Assembly: GCA_951406725.2 (NCBI GenBank)
Contig: OX597822.1
Location: forward strand, 111,166,001-111,230,000
Length of the DNA: 64,000 nucleotides
From: Octopus vulgaris
Lineage: Eukaryota
Direction of reading: 5' to 3'
Made by a program: the position numbers and the translations under genes. Below the pieces are notes generated by a model. That model saw only the letters and a list, made by a program, of their open reading frames with translations, was not told the origin of the DNA and made no database searches. Shown here piece by piece: positions 1-14,070 of the stretch; position 1 is the stretch's first letter, and the number at the start of each line of letters is the position of its first letter.

Positions 1-150
1 AAATTCGTATACAATTCTCGTAGGCGGAATTTCAAAAAAATATATAGTTATGTTAATTCTTGTTGAGGACTATTTTTATGAATTATAGGCCCTTTATCTC
101 GCGGAGCTATGAATTTTTCTTCACATATTTTCAAATGTTTCCTTTTTTTT

Positions 151-230
151 TCAAGCGTTTAATTTTGGTACGAACTTCTTTATGAAGTGCAACTCCATTG
201 CTTTCGGAAGTTTGGGTCGTTCCTCGAGCG
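151..230 (-). pseudogene. Penelope-like element GIY-YIG endonuclease C-terminal remnant
   Basis: Minus strand reads EERPKLPKAMELHFIKKFVPKLNA*, matching the E-x-x-FI-x-x-F-x-P-x-LN terminus typical of Penelope ORFs; upstream sequence is decayed. Confidence 0.45.
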
Positions 231-515
231 TTTGACCATACTTAGTGATGTGCTGAAATGTAAGATCAGATTTTATTGCAATTACAGCTCAACCTTCGAA
301 ACACATTAATCTCCCATTTTTTGATAATGTGGTTTATGTTTCCATATCCTCCTCAGATAAGATCGTTGGCTCCCTGTAGACCACCTGATGGCATGGAAGT
401 ATCCTTTAACCACGAAACTTCAAGTCATGTGGGGCTGATTGAAACTGTTATTTCATAAATGTAATTCCAACCAAAGTTTTGAGTACTTCTACCTTTTGTT
501 CGCTCTTTCACTCGG

Positions 516-720
<205 letters not shown>

Positions 721-1573
721 CTATTTATTCATTTATTTATCTACCTATCTGTCTCTATACATGTATGTATGTATGTATGTATGTGCACAAACATATACAT
801 GAGTTCAGGATTCAATTGAATTAGGTACTTAAACAGTAAAACACCGGCTCGGGTTAAATGAAGGGAATTGTGTATATGAAGAATGTATAAGAGCAAATAT
901 CCACACACCGATGTATAGACAGATTATTATTCCGGTTGTAAATGCGATTAATTGCACCCGACTGAGTATGAGTTTCATGGTTGTATTTAGGAACGCACAC
1001 TGCACCAATTGAACTGCACTTAATAGTCTATCGATCCACACTAACAGTAGTTTCCGAATATAAATTTAAATAAAATAAATTAATAATAAACTAAATTAAA
1101 CTCATCTTCGATGTCAGAATATGATATCAAATTTTCATCCTCTAATTTATATCCCCTACTCAACTCCCTCGTTATCTTTTAAGGTCTTTTGTCTAGATCT
1201 CTGTCCTCCAGTCTTTTAAAGGTTATGAATTAAACATGGCTTTGTATTATAGATATTGTACCGAATATTATTATACCCTTTCCTCTATTCTTCCTACGGT
1301 TATAAATATTCCCCTTCTTCCTTACTGTCAACGAAATATTTTTTTCTATATTAACTACTAACCTGAGCATGTCAATTATTTCTCTTGATTATTACTGGTC
1401 AGAGGATCATGAAGTGGTACAAACTTTTGACTTTTGGAATGTTTTAAATCTGTAATTCGAGTGCATTTACCTGATTAAAAATGGGTTTTTTTTCACATGA
1501 TATATCTCTGTTTATCAATTGAAAATTTCGTTTGAAACAACTGTACTGAATGACCCATTATCCGTCTGCTGTC

Positions 1574-1911
<338 letters not shown>

Positions 1912-3204
1912 CTTTGTGTGTGTGCGTGAGTGTTACTGTAAATGTATGAATACGTAAATCTGTACACCATGTAGATACATTCAATTGTATCTTCCATTTT
2001 AAATTTAGTAGTTTCCATGAAAACACTCTACAAACGTCATCACAGTCTAGATTAGATATTTAAAAACAATCAAAATATTATACGTTTTCAGCAGAAAACA
2101 TATAGGGCTTTACTTATTTGTTGGAAGATAGATGCTATCATCTGTCTTCAAAACATTATCTGCCATATACGCCATCATTATTGCAATGCTTTCAAAACAC
2201 TAGCTCGGTTTAAAATCCACAATATCATATTCATGTTACGTTGTCACAAAAGTGAGGCGTTCATATAGTCATGAAATAGCAATAATTTTACATATTCAGT
2301 AATGCATTCAATTACTGGTATAAAGTATAAGAATCCTATTTTCAGCTCTGTGCCTCGAAAATCTATGCATAACATGCTAGTTAATAATACTACCTTTCTA
2401 ATAAATTTTTATTCCCTTAGAGTCAACGTTGGTGAATCAATGATTTATATTTACAACACTTTACTGGCAATATCATTTCGTTCAAGTATTTGCTACGATA
2501 TAAAATTTGACGCTGGATCTTATCTGCAAGATCTTATCTACAATATAGAATTATGAGCAATAACGCATGCAAAAAATAAAGATAGCATTGATGGTGTTGT
2601 ACAAACAATATTGGAATACATTGAATTAAAATAAATTCGATTTTACTAATATATACAGACATTCAATTAAATAACGAAATTACATCATTATTGAATGAAT
2701 TGTATTCCACATTAATCTCGAATCAATATAAAGTAATATGAAACACAATTAATTGCTAGAACCCATTAATATATGACTAAGAATTTACAGAAGAATGTAT
2801 GTATCAATATCACAGTCTATGAATCTATCACACTAACTATCTTTTATGTAAGAATTCAGCTCTGTATCTATATGTGTTTACACCCTCTAATACACGTACA
2901 CACTTGTAAACGGGCATGTTATAAATAAAGCAATAATGAAAAGGTACTGAGTTTGAAAATGAATAATATTAAAAATAATAATAACAAAACAATAAGGTTA
3001 TATTAAAGTTGATTACATCGACTCCAGTGCTCAATAAGTACTTATTGTTTCAAACCTGAAAAAATGTACGGACTCAAATCGCCCGCCAGAACGTAGAGTC
3101 GGAAGATATGCCACTGAGCATTTTTCCGACGCTACCACCACCACCACAAATTTACCATCACTAAAATACAATCAGATACAAACACACACACACACACACA
3201 CACA

Positions 3205-3248
<44 letters not shown>

Positions 3249-3590
3249 AGACAATAATAAAAAAAGAAATCCAGACAATGTTTTGAAAAGTGACATTTTT
3301 CCCCCCTTGGAGTAAACAACCGATTATCATTGCCAACCTGACCAGCTGCAAAGAGATCAACAAAATTTATTTTTCTTCTTTCTCTCCCTTTTCTTCCTTT
3401 CCTTCTCTTTCTTTAACACATCTTTCAGATACAAAAACACACACACACACTCACACACACACAAACACACACATGCACTCTCTCACTTTCTCCCCATTCA
3501 TCACCCTCTTGTGCTATCGTATATCCCTCCCCACCACTACACACTCAATAATACTATAAAAAGAATCGAAATTCCTGCAAGAATTTAGTT

Positions 3591-3631
3591 GTATTTGACA
3601 ACTCCACTAGAATGGACGAAAGCGCTAATAT
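3591..3631 (+). ncRNA. Hammerhead-like motif with U3-A8 variant core, in a Penelope-like unit (about 3556-3757)
   Basis: GTAT-TTGACAA-CTCCA-CTAGAA-TGGAC-GAAA-GCGC-TA-ATAT; homologous copy at 18975-19015. Confidence 0.55.
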
Positions 3632-4874
3632 ATAATATATGATATATGATATATGATATATGATATATGATATATGATGTATAAAAACATGTAATATACA
3701 AATAAATATCTGTAAATATAAAACCATCCGAATTTCTGAGTACCTCATTTCTTCTAATATATATATATACGTACACATATGATCTCACATTCATGAAAGT
3801 ACATGCAAACACACACTCACACACACCCTCTCTCACACACACACACACACACATACATATTCGGTTCCTATTAACCGATAACGTCCTTATTATAGTTAAG
3901 CTAAATGTGAGACATATATATTTATATCCCCATACACTGCTCCAGAAATTTTTATTTCTATCGAATTTTTTTCTGAAACTGATACAGAAACCCTTTTGTC
4001 CATTATTGTTGATTACGTTTAGTAGCTAGAAAGTTTATAACACATACACACACACACACACACACACAAACACAGACACACACAATCACACACACACACG
4101 CGCGCGCGCGCAGATAAACACAGACACACGTACGTGCAAACACATACATGCACTCACTCATAAACACACAGGTACGCACATACGTAGATACACAAAATTA
4201 GAAAGTACTCTGTACTAAAATATTTCTACAGTTATATTTCTCGTTAGCTTGAATTTTCTAGGAGCTTCTAGGATTTTCTATCGTTTGCGTTTCTTCCCTG
4301 AATATTTTGACGTCTTTTAATGAAATTGTTTCGCGTTTGTTATCAAGCAACGAACCTTTTTTTATTTATTTTATTTGTTTAAGCGATGTAAGAAAACAGT
4401 CATGTTGGAAACTAGCATTAACATTAGAGTTTTACTAAATATAGCATATTTTTTCAGTTTCCCTTTGTTTCTTATAATTATTATTGCTATAGAACCAAAT
4501 TAGATGCAGCAGGGATTTTTGTCAGTGAACAGGTCGCGGCCTCATAGCGACGAAAATATTTTGACAAATTAAGCTTAAATGTTGAAGTGAATCGAACGGC
4601 TGTTGTGTGTTTCTTAAATGGCTTACAAACACCTTCCACGCTGCAACTGTTTTCGTTCCAGCACACGATCTCAGATCAAATCACTTGCTATGCAAGTACA
4701 TCTCCCCAAATTAGATCGTATTAGAGAAAGAATACTTAGGGTTCTACATGTAGCTTGGATTGTGCGAACTCATGATTTGTGTTTCGTGATACATAAAATT
4801 AGAATAGTAAATAAATATGCATATTTGTATGTATTAGTGTGTGCATTCATATGATATTTTGCATATCATTATAC

Positions 4875-5083
4875 TGGTTTCAAATGCTGGCATAAATCTT
4901 GCAATTTCGGAGGAGGATGTTGGTCGATTACCTTGAACAGATTCGGTACTTATATTACGACGCAAAAAGTGATGAAATATATATATTCGGCCTCTGCGGA
5001 ATTTGAGCTCAGAACGTAAAAACAGACAGATACCTTTTAGCATTTTGGTTGTTGGGCTAACCATTCTGCCAGTTTGCCGCCTT
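4875..5083 (-). mobile_element. Decayed SINE family A copy
   Basis: gcggaatttgagctcagaacgtaaa...ctgccagtttgccgcc matches family A. Confidence 0.6.
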
Positions 5084-5402
5084 CTTTTATAGCTACCGGC
5101 TCCCTCTACCCATGGTTGTCTATTTCACACTATTCTCTCATAGGTGTCATTGAGCATGTTTAATGGACTAGATGGCTAATTTATTAATAATCCAACATAT
5201 GATCCGATTTGAATTTTTTCTTCTACTGAAGGTAGAGCAAGCCTTTTTCTATCGTACTCTCGATTTTGGCCAACTTGCACCGCAGGGTCTCGGAGGAGAT
5301 AGTGTTAGTTGAAGGCTACCAAACCTGCCATACACAAACAACTTCAGCTTTATATAGAGAGAGATATGTATATATACATTATGTATATACATTATATATA
5401 TA

Positions 5403-5481
<79 letters not shown>

Positions 5482-6430
5482 ATATACATTAAATATGCAT
5501 TTATTTATATTTATATTTCTGTTCAAAAATGTGTTGTGGTATTTCTTCTAAAATATCATTAGCTTATTCGTTCTAAAATTACTGATCGCGTACATAATGT
5601 ATGCTTTTGCTTTCTACTATTTAAAGATTCTCTCAGTTACTGATTTTTTTTTTTTGCTTTGTTTTCACAAATCTGATAAGCACCTATTGTAAACTGTTGA
5701 ATAGATTTGCTTGTTGATACTTTCAGCATACTTTAAGTTGCAAAACATTTCACGTACACTCTAACTGCCATTGTGATTACTATTTTAAACGTCTACAAGG
5801 CGTTGGTTATCTGGAAAACATTTGATAAAGTTTTATGCATCGAAAATCGATGCAACACAGTTTGAAGACATCATTATCATTTGCGTTTCTTCATTGAATA
5901 TTTTGAGGTCTTTTGATGAAATTGTTTCGCGTTTGTTATCAAGCAACGAAACTTTTATATCTTTAAGCTATTTATTTAACTTTTAACTATTTTGAAGTTT
6001 ATATGAATCTCTAATTATTGGTGGAACTCTTTGACATTTGCATCAACTATTCATATGCATAGTACAATATCAGATATAACGTGGCAGATTTTGTATTTTA
6101 TCACATATTAGAGTGATTTTTCCCATTTGCTTTTAAACTATTAAGGGAAGTTTTGTTCACCCATTCACTATATTAGTAGAGTTCCAGGAGCTTCTGAACT
6201 CGCTGCATAGGAAAACCATGCAACACAATGGTGTTTATCTAAATGTTTTTAATCCACTACATGCAACTAGATACTATTCTGTTCCAGTGAAACTGTTTAA
6301 CGTACGTTATCAAAGTAGAATTTCTTTTTCAATATTTGAGAACTTCTTTCGACACGATTAACAGTTTTACTCCCTACTGTAACTACACAAGGAAATGAAA
6401 TTATATGAAGCTTATATCGTATATAATATT

Positions 6431-6658
6431 TATTTCTTTACTACCCACAAGGGGCTAAACACAGTGAGGACAAACAAGGACAGACAAACGGATTAAGTCG
6501 ATTATATCGACCCCAGTGCGTAACTGGTTCTTAATTTATCAACGCCGAAAGGATGAAAGGCAAAGTCGACCTCGGCGGAATTTGAACTCAGAACGTAACG
6601 GCAGACGAAATATGGCTTCGCATTTCGTCCGGCATCCTAACGATACTGCCAGCTCGCC
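6431..6658 (-). mobile_element. tRNA-derived SINE, family A (GGCGGCGAGCTGGCAGAA...AAAGAAATA)
   Basis: Near-identical to 59296-59527; A-box-like TGGCAGAA and B-box GAGTTCAAATTCC. Confidence 0.9.
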
Positions 6659-8365
6659 TTGGTTTCCGTATATTTGAAGATTTTTCCAACTGGCGCAACA
6701 CATTTAGAAAATAATTAATGTGATAAATTTGCTTTTGTTTGTAGTGTGAATTTTATGAAAATCATCAATAGCGTTATAACTGAAATCTTTTATATCTACA
6801 GGCTATCTGCAGAAATATCACATTTTACTTGCTAATACTTCTTCTGTTATTGATATAGATGTCCATGTAGTTTTTTTGTTTTTTGGTGGACGGGTGGAGG
6901 AGGTGGGAGCAGAGTGCAATCGATAGATTCAATTTCATTACTGGTGATATATAGCTGGAACTTTTACCGCAGCGGGATTTCAAACGAGACCTTTATGGAT
7001 ACAAATGATACTGTCAGACATTTTGTCTCTATCTCAAACGTTATGTCTGTCCACTAGTTTTATTTTGATCATAATTAAGATGTGAATATTTAATGACTTT
7101 CGTATCCCCTCAGAAAGTTTATTTAATTAAGATGCATTGCATAAATGTTTGAAAAGTCGGAACGTACATGTCCAGAATATTAGTGAATACAAATTAAGAA
7201 ACTTATACGATTGGACATTGCTTTGTCCAACCAATATAATATGTAAATCATCAAAGCAGATTAATATCTCACAAGTCATGCTGAAAGCCATACATATGAA
7301 AAGAAAAATACCGTTGCGGTAACGCATCACGACTACGTGAATAGACTTTAATTTCACATTATTAATAACGTTGTATTACATTTTAAATATTGTATGGATT
7401 TGGAGAAGATCAACATATGAAAGTTTCGAAAGCTTACAGTGAAATTTACTTGCTAAACTTGCAGGCAAGAATTTGTTTCAATTCATAAAACAAGCTAATA
7501 ACCTTCTTAAATCCCATGTAAAGTTCGCACATATCCGAAATCAAAAGAGTACAGGTCATCTATGGAACAATAAATTACGTTCTCGAACGAAAACAGAAGC
7601 CAATCCTTTTAACTTTCAATTTGTTTATTGAGGAAATTTTCAATTTATCCCAGAAAGCAATAATTTACTTCTTATAGCGAAGTTTATTTAGAGAGCGAGA
7701 AACAGGTAAAATTCCAGCATCCATATACTACATATGTAGGCTTCGTTTCGAAACACGAAGTGAAATTCTAAACAACAGTCAACATATTTTGGCAATAATA
7801 GATAGCTACTGGGAAAATTTTCCACTATTTAAAACGAATCTGTCTTTGGCAGTATCAACATCGTAAGCATGCGAAGTTACTTAGAATATGCGTAAGCAAT
7901 ATCAGGCATAACAGTAGCAAAAAAATTAATGATAAATGTAAATGCTATCACAAAATTTATTATGCCCATCAAGTGAATGACGACATTGTTGATATCATCA
8001 TCAAAATTATCGTTGTTGTTGTCATTGCAATGGTCATGGCAGCCTTCATAAGAGTGGCAATAGCTGTACCAATATCTGAGTTAATAAAATTTCTATCAAA
8101 TCCAGTTATTGATCCCAATAATTATTTTAATCTAAGACACAAAGGAGAAAAAACTAAACTGCAGAATCATCTGAAGGGCAATGGCCGAAAGAACACAGAT
8201 ACAAATATGAATAAAAATAGCAATAATCGCTGACACATAAGGACGCACTGAAAAATAATAAATGATCGAACTATTGTTATCATATGCATGAAAGAGAAAT
8301 ATCAGAGGACTAGTTACTGCACCAGATACTACGAGTATGAAATAATTGTTTCTAGATATTATGTG

Positions 8366-8693
8366 GTGAGGGCGCGTGGCTTAGTGGTTAGGGCATTCGG
8401 CTCATGATCGTAAGGTTGTGAGTTCGATTCCCGGCGACGCGTTGTGTCCTTGAGCAAGACACTTTATTTCACGTTGCTCCAGTCCACTCACCTGGCAAAA
8501 ATGAGTTGTACTTGTATTTCAAAGGGTCAGCCTTGTCACTCTCTGTGTCACGCTGATTATCCCCGAGAACTACGTTAAGGGTACACGTGTCTGTGGAATG
8601 CTCAGCCATTTGCACGTTAATTTCACGAGCAAGCTGTTCCGTTGATCGTATCAGCTGGGACCCTCGTCGTCGTAACCGGCGGAGTCTTTTAAA
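8366..8693 (+). mobile_element. tRNA-derived SINE, family C
   Basis: A box TGGCTTAGTGG, B box GTTCGATTCCC; 12-bp TSD AGATATTATGTG (8354-8365 and 8694-8705). Confidence 0.92.
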
Positions 8694-11600
8694 AGATATT
8701 ATGTGTGTATTACGACTTTTTGGAATCTTTTTATAGAAATGTAATTTGTTAATATCATATCTACGTCCGAAAGTTATCTAAGCCAAATGTTGCAATATTT
8801 AGTGACGTTCTTAAACCTTCTCCATTAACAACTTGAATCAACTGTGCCATTCATCATTACAAATTCGATTAAATAATTCACCAGGTAAATTATGGATGTA
8901 CTTGACTAAACCCAGATTCAATAATAAAATACATACGGCAGGTAATTTTCCTTATTTACCTGTAGGTTTTCATTATTGTCGGAGTAATTACAGCTATCGA
9001 TTATTTACATGAATCATTCACCTATCGACTACTTACATAGTGACGAGAGGACAAGTAACAAGGATAAATCTATAGAGTCCTCTATAGTAGATGCCGCATA
9101 CATTGTACTCCAGGAACCTGAATGGGGGAGTTGATCTTGACTAAATGTAAAACCAGAACCGAGAGTGGGAAAAACAAACTAAAACTGTACAAATTCGATT
9201 TAGTTCAACCTAAGAAATTTTGAAATACTTATATATATTCTATTTTCTACTTGATATTTATATAAACATTATTTAATATATAACGTAAAGTAGAAGGACA
9301 AGAAATGGAAATCCTGATATATGCATACTCATATGACAACATATACAACAATGAAAATGGAATATTGTTTTAGTATCTTATATATATTAATTAATAATAT
9401 TTTATTGTTTTCAATTATTGGGATGTCTTAGTTCTACAAATTTAATTGAAATAATTCATTAGATTGTTATTTCCATTTTTAAATACTTAGGATTGTTTTG
9501 TCATCTGTATAATTCCGATCATACAAAAACATATTAAGTTTCATTTATGCTTTTGATACTCACTTTTAATAATGTTTTGTGGGGAGTTATCGATTACCTC
9601 TATTCTTTTACACAACTGCATAGTATTGATCCGCGGTACTTGATTCGTGCACTGAAACAAGATATTGAATATCAATACTTGCATTGTGATTGGATGGGAC
9701 GGCAAGTTGATGGCGGTTGTTTTCATAAAGACATATTTGAACAGTAAACCTGCTCAAGCTTATATAGCCATTAATCTGCTGCTACCGCTCTTCCGTCTAA
9801 AGCCGTTCTGCTAGTTCAACATGATGTAATTGAACGTCTGATCAAGAATTTCAAATGAAATACAACAAAGTGTAAGAGCTTGTAAATCATGATAGCTCTA
9901 ACCTTCAACGTTGATTAGACGTCTGAAATTATCTAAACTTAGTGAACTCTAATTATCACAATGATCAATCTTTGCAAACACTCATTATCGACGGGTGTTC
10001 TGCTCGTGAATATAATAAACTACTTTGTCCTCGTATGGTACTTACACAATGTTACAACACAGAAACTTGAGACAATAAATATTATCAACGCTTACTTAAG
10101 AGTTTGCAATACTTATTTTATTTCAACACGGGTTTCACTTATCTTAAATCATTAAACAGACGAAATCAGTTGATCTATAAATTTTAACCGGTTACAGCAA
10201 CATTAAATGTACAAATTATAACTATGCAAAAGTTTTTGTTTTTTTTTAATACAATATCTGGGTACACGACCTTTTAGTTCGGAATTGAGAGAAATCCTAT
10301 CACGTATTACAGGACACTTGCATTATTATTCACCACTTCCACACACACGTATCCTTTTTCTTGATATCAAATATTTTGAACGAAATATCAACTGGGAGAG
10401 AATCGATAGTTATTTCGAAAAGTGATACTTGCTTTACTTCAGAAGATTACCGTTGACTGCTAAGCAATTATATTGACTACCATTCTCGTAATTAAATTTC
10501 AGTCATTATGATATTTTATAGATTTTTTCAGTTAACACTTTGTACTCTTCTCGTTTCGATTCTACCACGAGTGAATTGATCCTGGAACGTCTTCGCTGTT
10601 TATGTATTCCCTGAATAATTTTTATTCAATATTAGGGGTGTTGACATTTGCCAGGTATCTCAGAAATCTGTACATGTCTGTGAGATGTGAAATTCTGCTA
10701 ATCCGATGAAGCAGCATATATTCCGTTTCATGATTCTAATTGTTAAATCATTCCTAAATTTAAGAGTTTAACATCTTTAATATTAGCGGAGAGTGATAAG
10801 ACTGGTGGGTAACATCAATGGGTCCAATTTTCGGTTTGATCTTTTGAATGCAAATTAAGAGAGGACGACGATAAATATAGTTCCTTAGAGCACTGTAGTA
10901 GCTCTACAAGATAAAGAGAGAAAGATAGAAAGAGAGATACAGAAAAAGAGAGAGAGAGAGAAAGAAGAAAGAGAAAGAGCGGCAGAGAAGAGTGTATGAT
11001 AATAAAATTTCATAATAAAGAAAACTTAATTATGAAAATGAGATACAGTGTAATTAAAAGCCATTTAGCAATCAAGGATGATAATTATTAAATTCCCACC
11101 CAGATATTCGATTAAACAATATTAGTTTTGGTGGATGATAGGCAAAGTGGTTGAATATTATACTAAATGTACTCTAAAGTACTCGGAGATAAAACAGCGT
11201 GTGCCCTGAGATTAAGAATTATCGCTTGCGTCCATTATAATTTGCATTTTAAAAAATCGGTAGAGGTATTAAAACTGAAATGTTAGTGGATTAAGTTTCT
11301 CTGAGTACTGTTTTAAAAATCTTATCAGAATTGTTAGTACTCTTTATCAGTCAATGGTCTCTCAAATTATCGATGATACATTTTAAAAAAGCAGCAGCTC
11401 CATATGTTACTCGTTACACACTACTATAAATAATTCTCCTTAGAACAAAATCCATAAACTGAAATGTATTTTTTGAGATAATTTAATATGCCTTAATATT
11501 ATTTCATGATGTCATTCATAGATAAAGTATAAATCAGTTGTCGGAAATGTCCTTCCTGACGAATATCGTTTACATCTTTGAAGCTAATTTAATTCATGTA

Positions 11601-11787
11601 TTTATCCATTTGTCAACGCAATTCTATACAGGATAATTTAATAAAGTGTCGCAAATCTTAAAAGCATTTTAAAATGTCACCCAACATATTAAATATAATT
11701 GTTTTCTGTTAAATCGTAGAGATCTCCGTAGATTCTTTTCATTTGTATCTGTCATAAAAGGAATTATATTTTAATATTTCTAAAACA

Positions 11788-12190
11788 GGCGTAGGAGTGG
11801 CTGTGTGGTAAGTAGCTTCATTACCAACCACATGGTTCCGGGTTCAGTCCCACTGCGTGGCACCTTGGGCAAGTGTCTTCTACTATAGCCTCCGGCCGAC
11901 CAATGCCTTGTGAGTGGATTTGGTAGACGGAAACTGAAAGAAGCCCGTCGTACATATGTATATATATATATATGTGTGTGTGTGTTTGTGTGTCTGTGTT
12001 TGTCCACCCAACATCGCTTGACAACCGATGCTGGTGTGTTTACGTCCCCGTAACTTAGCGTTTCGGCAAAAGAGACCGATAGAATAAGTACTAGGCTTAT
12101 AAAGAATAAGTCCTGGGGGCGATTTGCTCGACTAAAGGCGGGGCTCCAGCATGGCCCCAGCCAAATGACTGAAACAAGTAAAAGAGAGTA
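11788..12190 (+). mobile_element. tRNA-derived SINE, family B (CORE-like CCTTGGGCAAGTG segment, internal TA/TG microsatellite)
   Basis: Near-identical copies at 19487, 22949 and 62288; GGTTCAGTCCC B box. Confidence 0.92.
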
Positions 12191-12419
12191 TTTGTCGTAT
12201 TACTAAACTTCACAAAATTCAATACCCTAAATTATCACACACAAAAAAAATGGGTATTTGAGAGACTAGAAGAATGTACATGGCAGTATTGTGAGCGTAA
12301 TTGAAAAATAGGAAACCGGTCAAAAGGAAATGTACTTTGATTTCATTTCATGTGTTGATTTTTAAACATCAGAGTTAGTAGCATTTTAATCTCTTCTTGT
12401 GTAAATAAAAAGTGTCACG

Positions 12420-12620
12420 TGACAACTTGCTGGGCTTGCCTGCAGGAGCTGACAATACATCGAAGAGGCCAGGGAACAGAAGAAAGAAGACATGCACCCA
12501 ACACCAGAGCTGAAGACACCTCCGAAAGGGAGGGAGGCGCCACGTCCAAAACGGTAGAGGAGTAGGGGCCGAAACCGGACGTGGTTCCTCCTGATGATGT
12601 CTTGAGCTGACTGGATCCTA
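12420..12620 (+). mobile_element. Decayed HERO-like non-LTR retrotransposon 3' end with structured 3' UTR
   Basis: ADNTSKRPGNRRKKTC is a point-mutated version of the AEKAS-x-W-x-W-x-x-R...W terminus; its 3' UTR fold parallels the one at 22373-22545. Confidence 0.5.
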
Positions 12621-13101
12621 TAAAGGAGTTGTTGTGGTAGAAGACCACGAAACACGGTTGTAATTCCTCCTGTCAGTAATGTAGACTATGATTTCATCAG
12701 GTACTTTCATCTACACGATAAATATTTAGTTTGAACAAAAGCTTTACGTTATCTTTTTCCCTCATGTCTTTCTATTGTATAGTTTTAGTTATAGGTTCCA
12801 ATCGATGAATGTGTGTTCTGACACATGTGGCAAAATAACGTGCAAAGGTAGAACAGAATGCATAACGAAAGGGGTATCATGCAAAATTTACATTGTTGGT
12901 ACTTGTTACATTCTTCATTGATATGTGTTAATTAAAGTAATTAAAATACTCTAAGACATATTAAAATACCCTAAAGATGAATATATATATATATATATAT
13001 ATAAGTTCAGCAAAATTTAGATTCAAATGAATATGGTACTAAATCAAAGGCACCAGAATTTTGTATAGTATTATCCATATAAATCCATTGGGTGATTATA
13101 G

Positions 13102-13172
13102 TCAAAATAAGCAACAAGTAGCACGAAACGATCGTACCACATTACCTCGGATATATTTGTTGCTTATTTTGA
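13102..13172 (+). mobile_element. Fold-back Penelope-like remnant with the 3' half of a hammerhead (GAAA-CGATCG-TA-CCAC)
   Basis: 16-bp inverted ends TCAAAATAAGCAACAA; homologous to 30012-30129; ends at (TA)n. Confidence 0.55.
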
Positions 13173-13276
13173 ATATATATATATATATATATATGCTTTG
13201 TAGTAAGTAGTGTGCCTTCATGGTTTCGGTTTCGGCTCTCTGTACACTAACACAACACACACACACGCACAACACA

Positions 13277-13327
<51 letters not shown>

Positions 13328-13804
13328 GCACATACAACACACACACATACACACATATGTGTTCTGTTGAACAGAAAACGCTCTGCTTGCGGCTGAGAGG
13401 TTTATTGATTCTTATTTCTAACAATGCTGTTGCTGGCCTTTAGTTTTGATTGTATTTGCGCCTTTCGGTTGAGGTGTACTCGCTTTAATAATTTTATATG
13501 TATGTATGTTTGTATTTATATATATATATCCGCGCGCCCATGTGTGTGTGTGTGTGTTTGTGTGTGTAATATAATATGTGACAATATGTGAGAGTTATTA
13601 GCTATCGAGATGCCGGAGCAGATATCCGTCCCGACAGCCGAACCTCAGAGTTTTATTATGGCAACCGAATAATCGTCACGTGTTATATTACGGATAAATT
13701 CCTCTATTTACTTAATATCGAGGTCTTATTCATTCTTTTTGTGTTCATACTATTGCTATTGATATACATATCTATATATGTATACACACACATGTATATA
13801 TATG

Positions 13805-14010
13805 AAAATTCAACAAAATCTGTTACTCTGAGTTTCTCGTTGCCGTTCATCAGACAGTTTTTGCTAAAACTGTCTGATGAACGGCAACGAGAAACTCAGA
13901 GTAACAGATTTTGTTGAATTTTTCTGCTGCTTAAAATAAAGCATATTACTCTACCACTGGTATTTGAGTACTCTTTTTTCCACCTTGTTTCACATTTATG
14001 TGTTTACTCC

Positions 14011-14012
<2 letters not shown>
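13805..14012 (+). mobile_element. Penelope-like unit: perfect 57-bp palindrome holding a hammerhead on each strand, then an AATAAA-containing tail to (TA)n
   Basis: Arms 13805-13861 and 13866-13922, loop TGCT. Confidence 0.75.
13866..13912 (+). ncRNA. Minimal type-I hammerhead ribozyme (mirror copy 13815-13861 on minus)
   Basis: AAAACTGT-CTGATGA-ACGGCAACGA-GAAA-CTCAGAG-TA-ACAGATTTT; GUA triplet. Confidence 0.72.

Positions 14013-14067
<55 letters not shown>

Positions 14068-14070
<3 letters not shown>

Noticed and set aside
8366-8440. tRNA genes at SINE heads
   Set aside because: A and B boxes only; they are embedded in SINEs with TSDs
12510-12600. CTGAAGA..GAAA and GAAAC..CTGATGA as hammerheads
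   Set aside because: Stem II or stem I cannot form in the required register
12386-12720. Minus-strand ORFs as a host exon
   Set aside because: No recognisable domain; better explained as the antisense of a HERO-like 3' end
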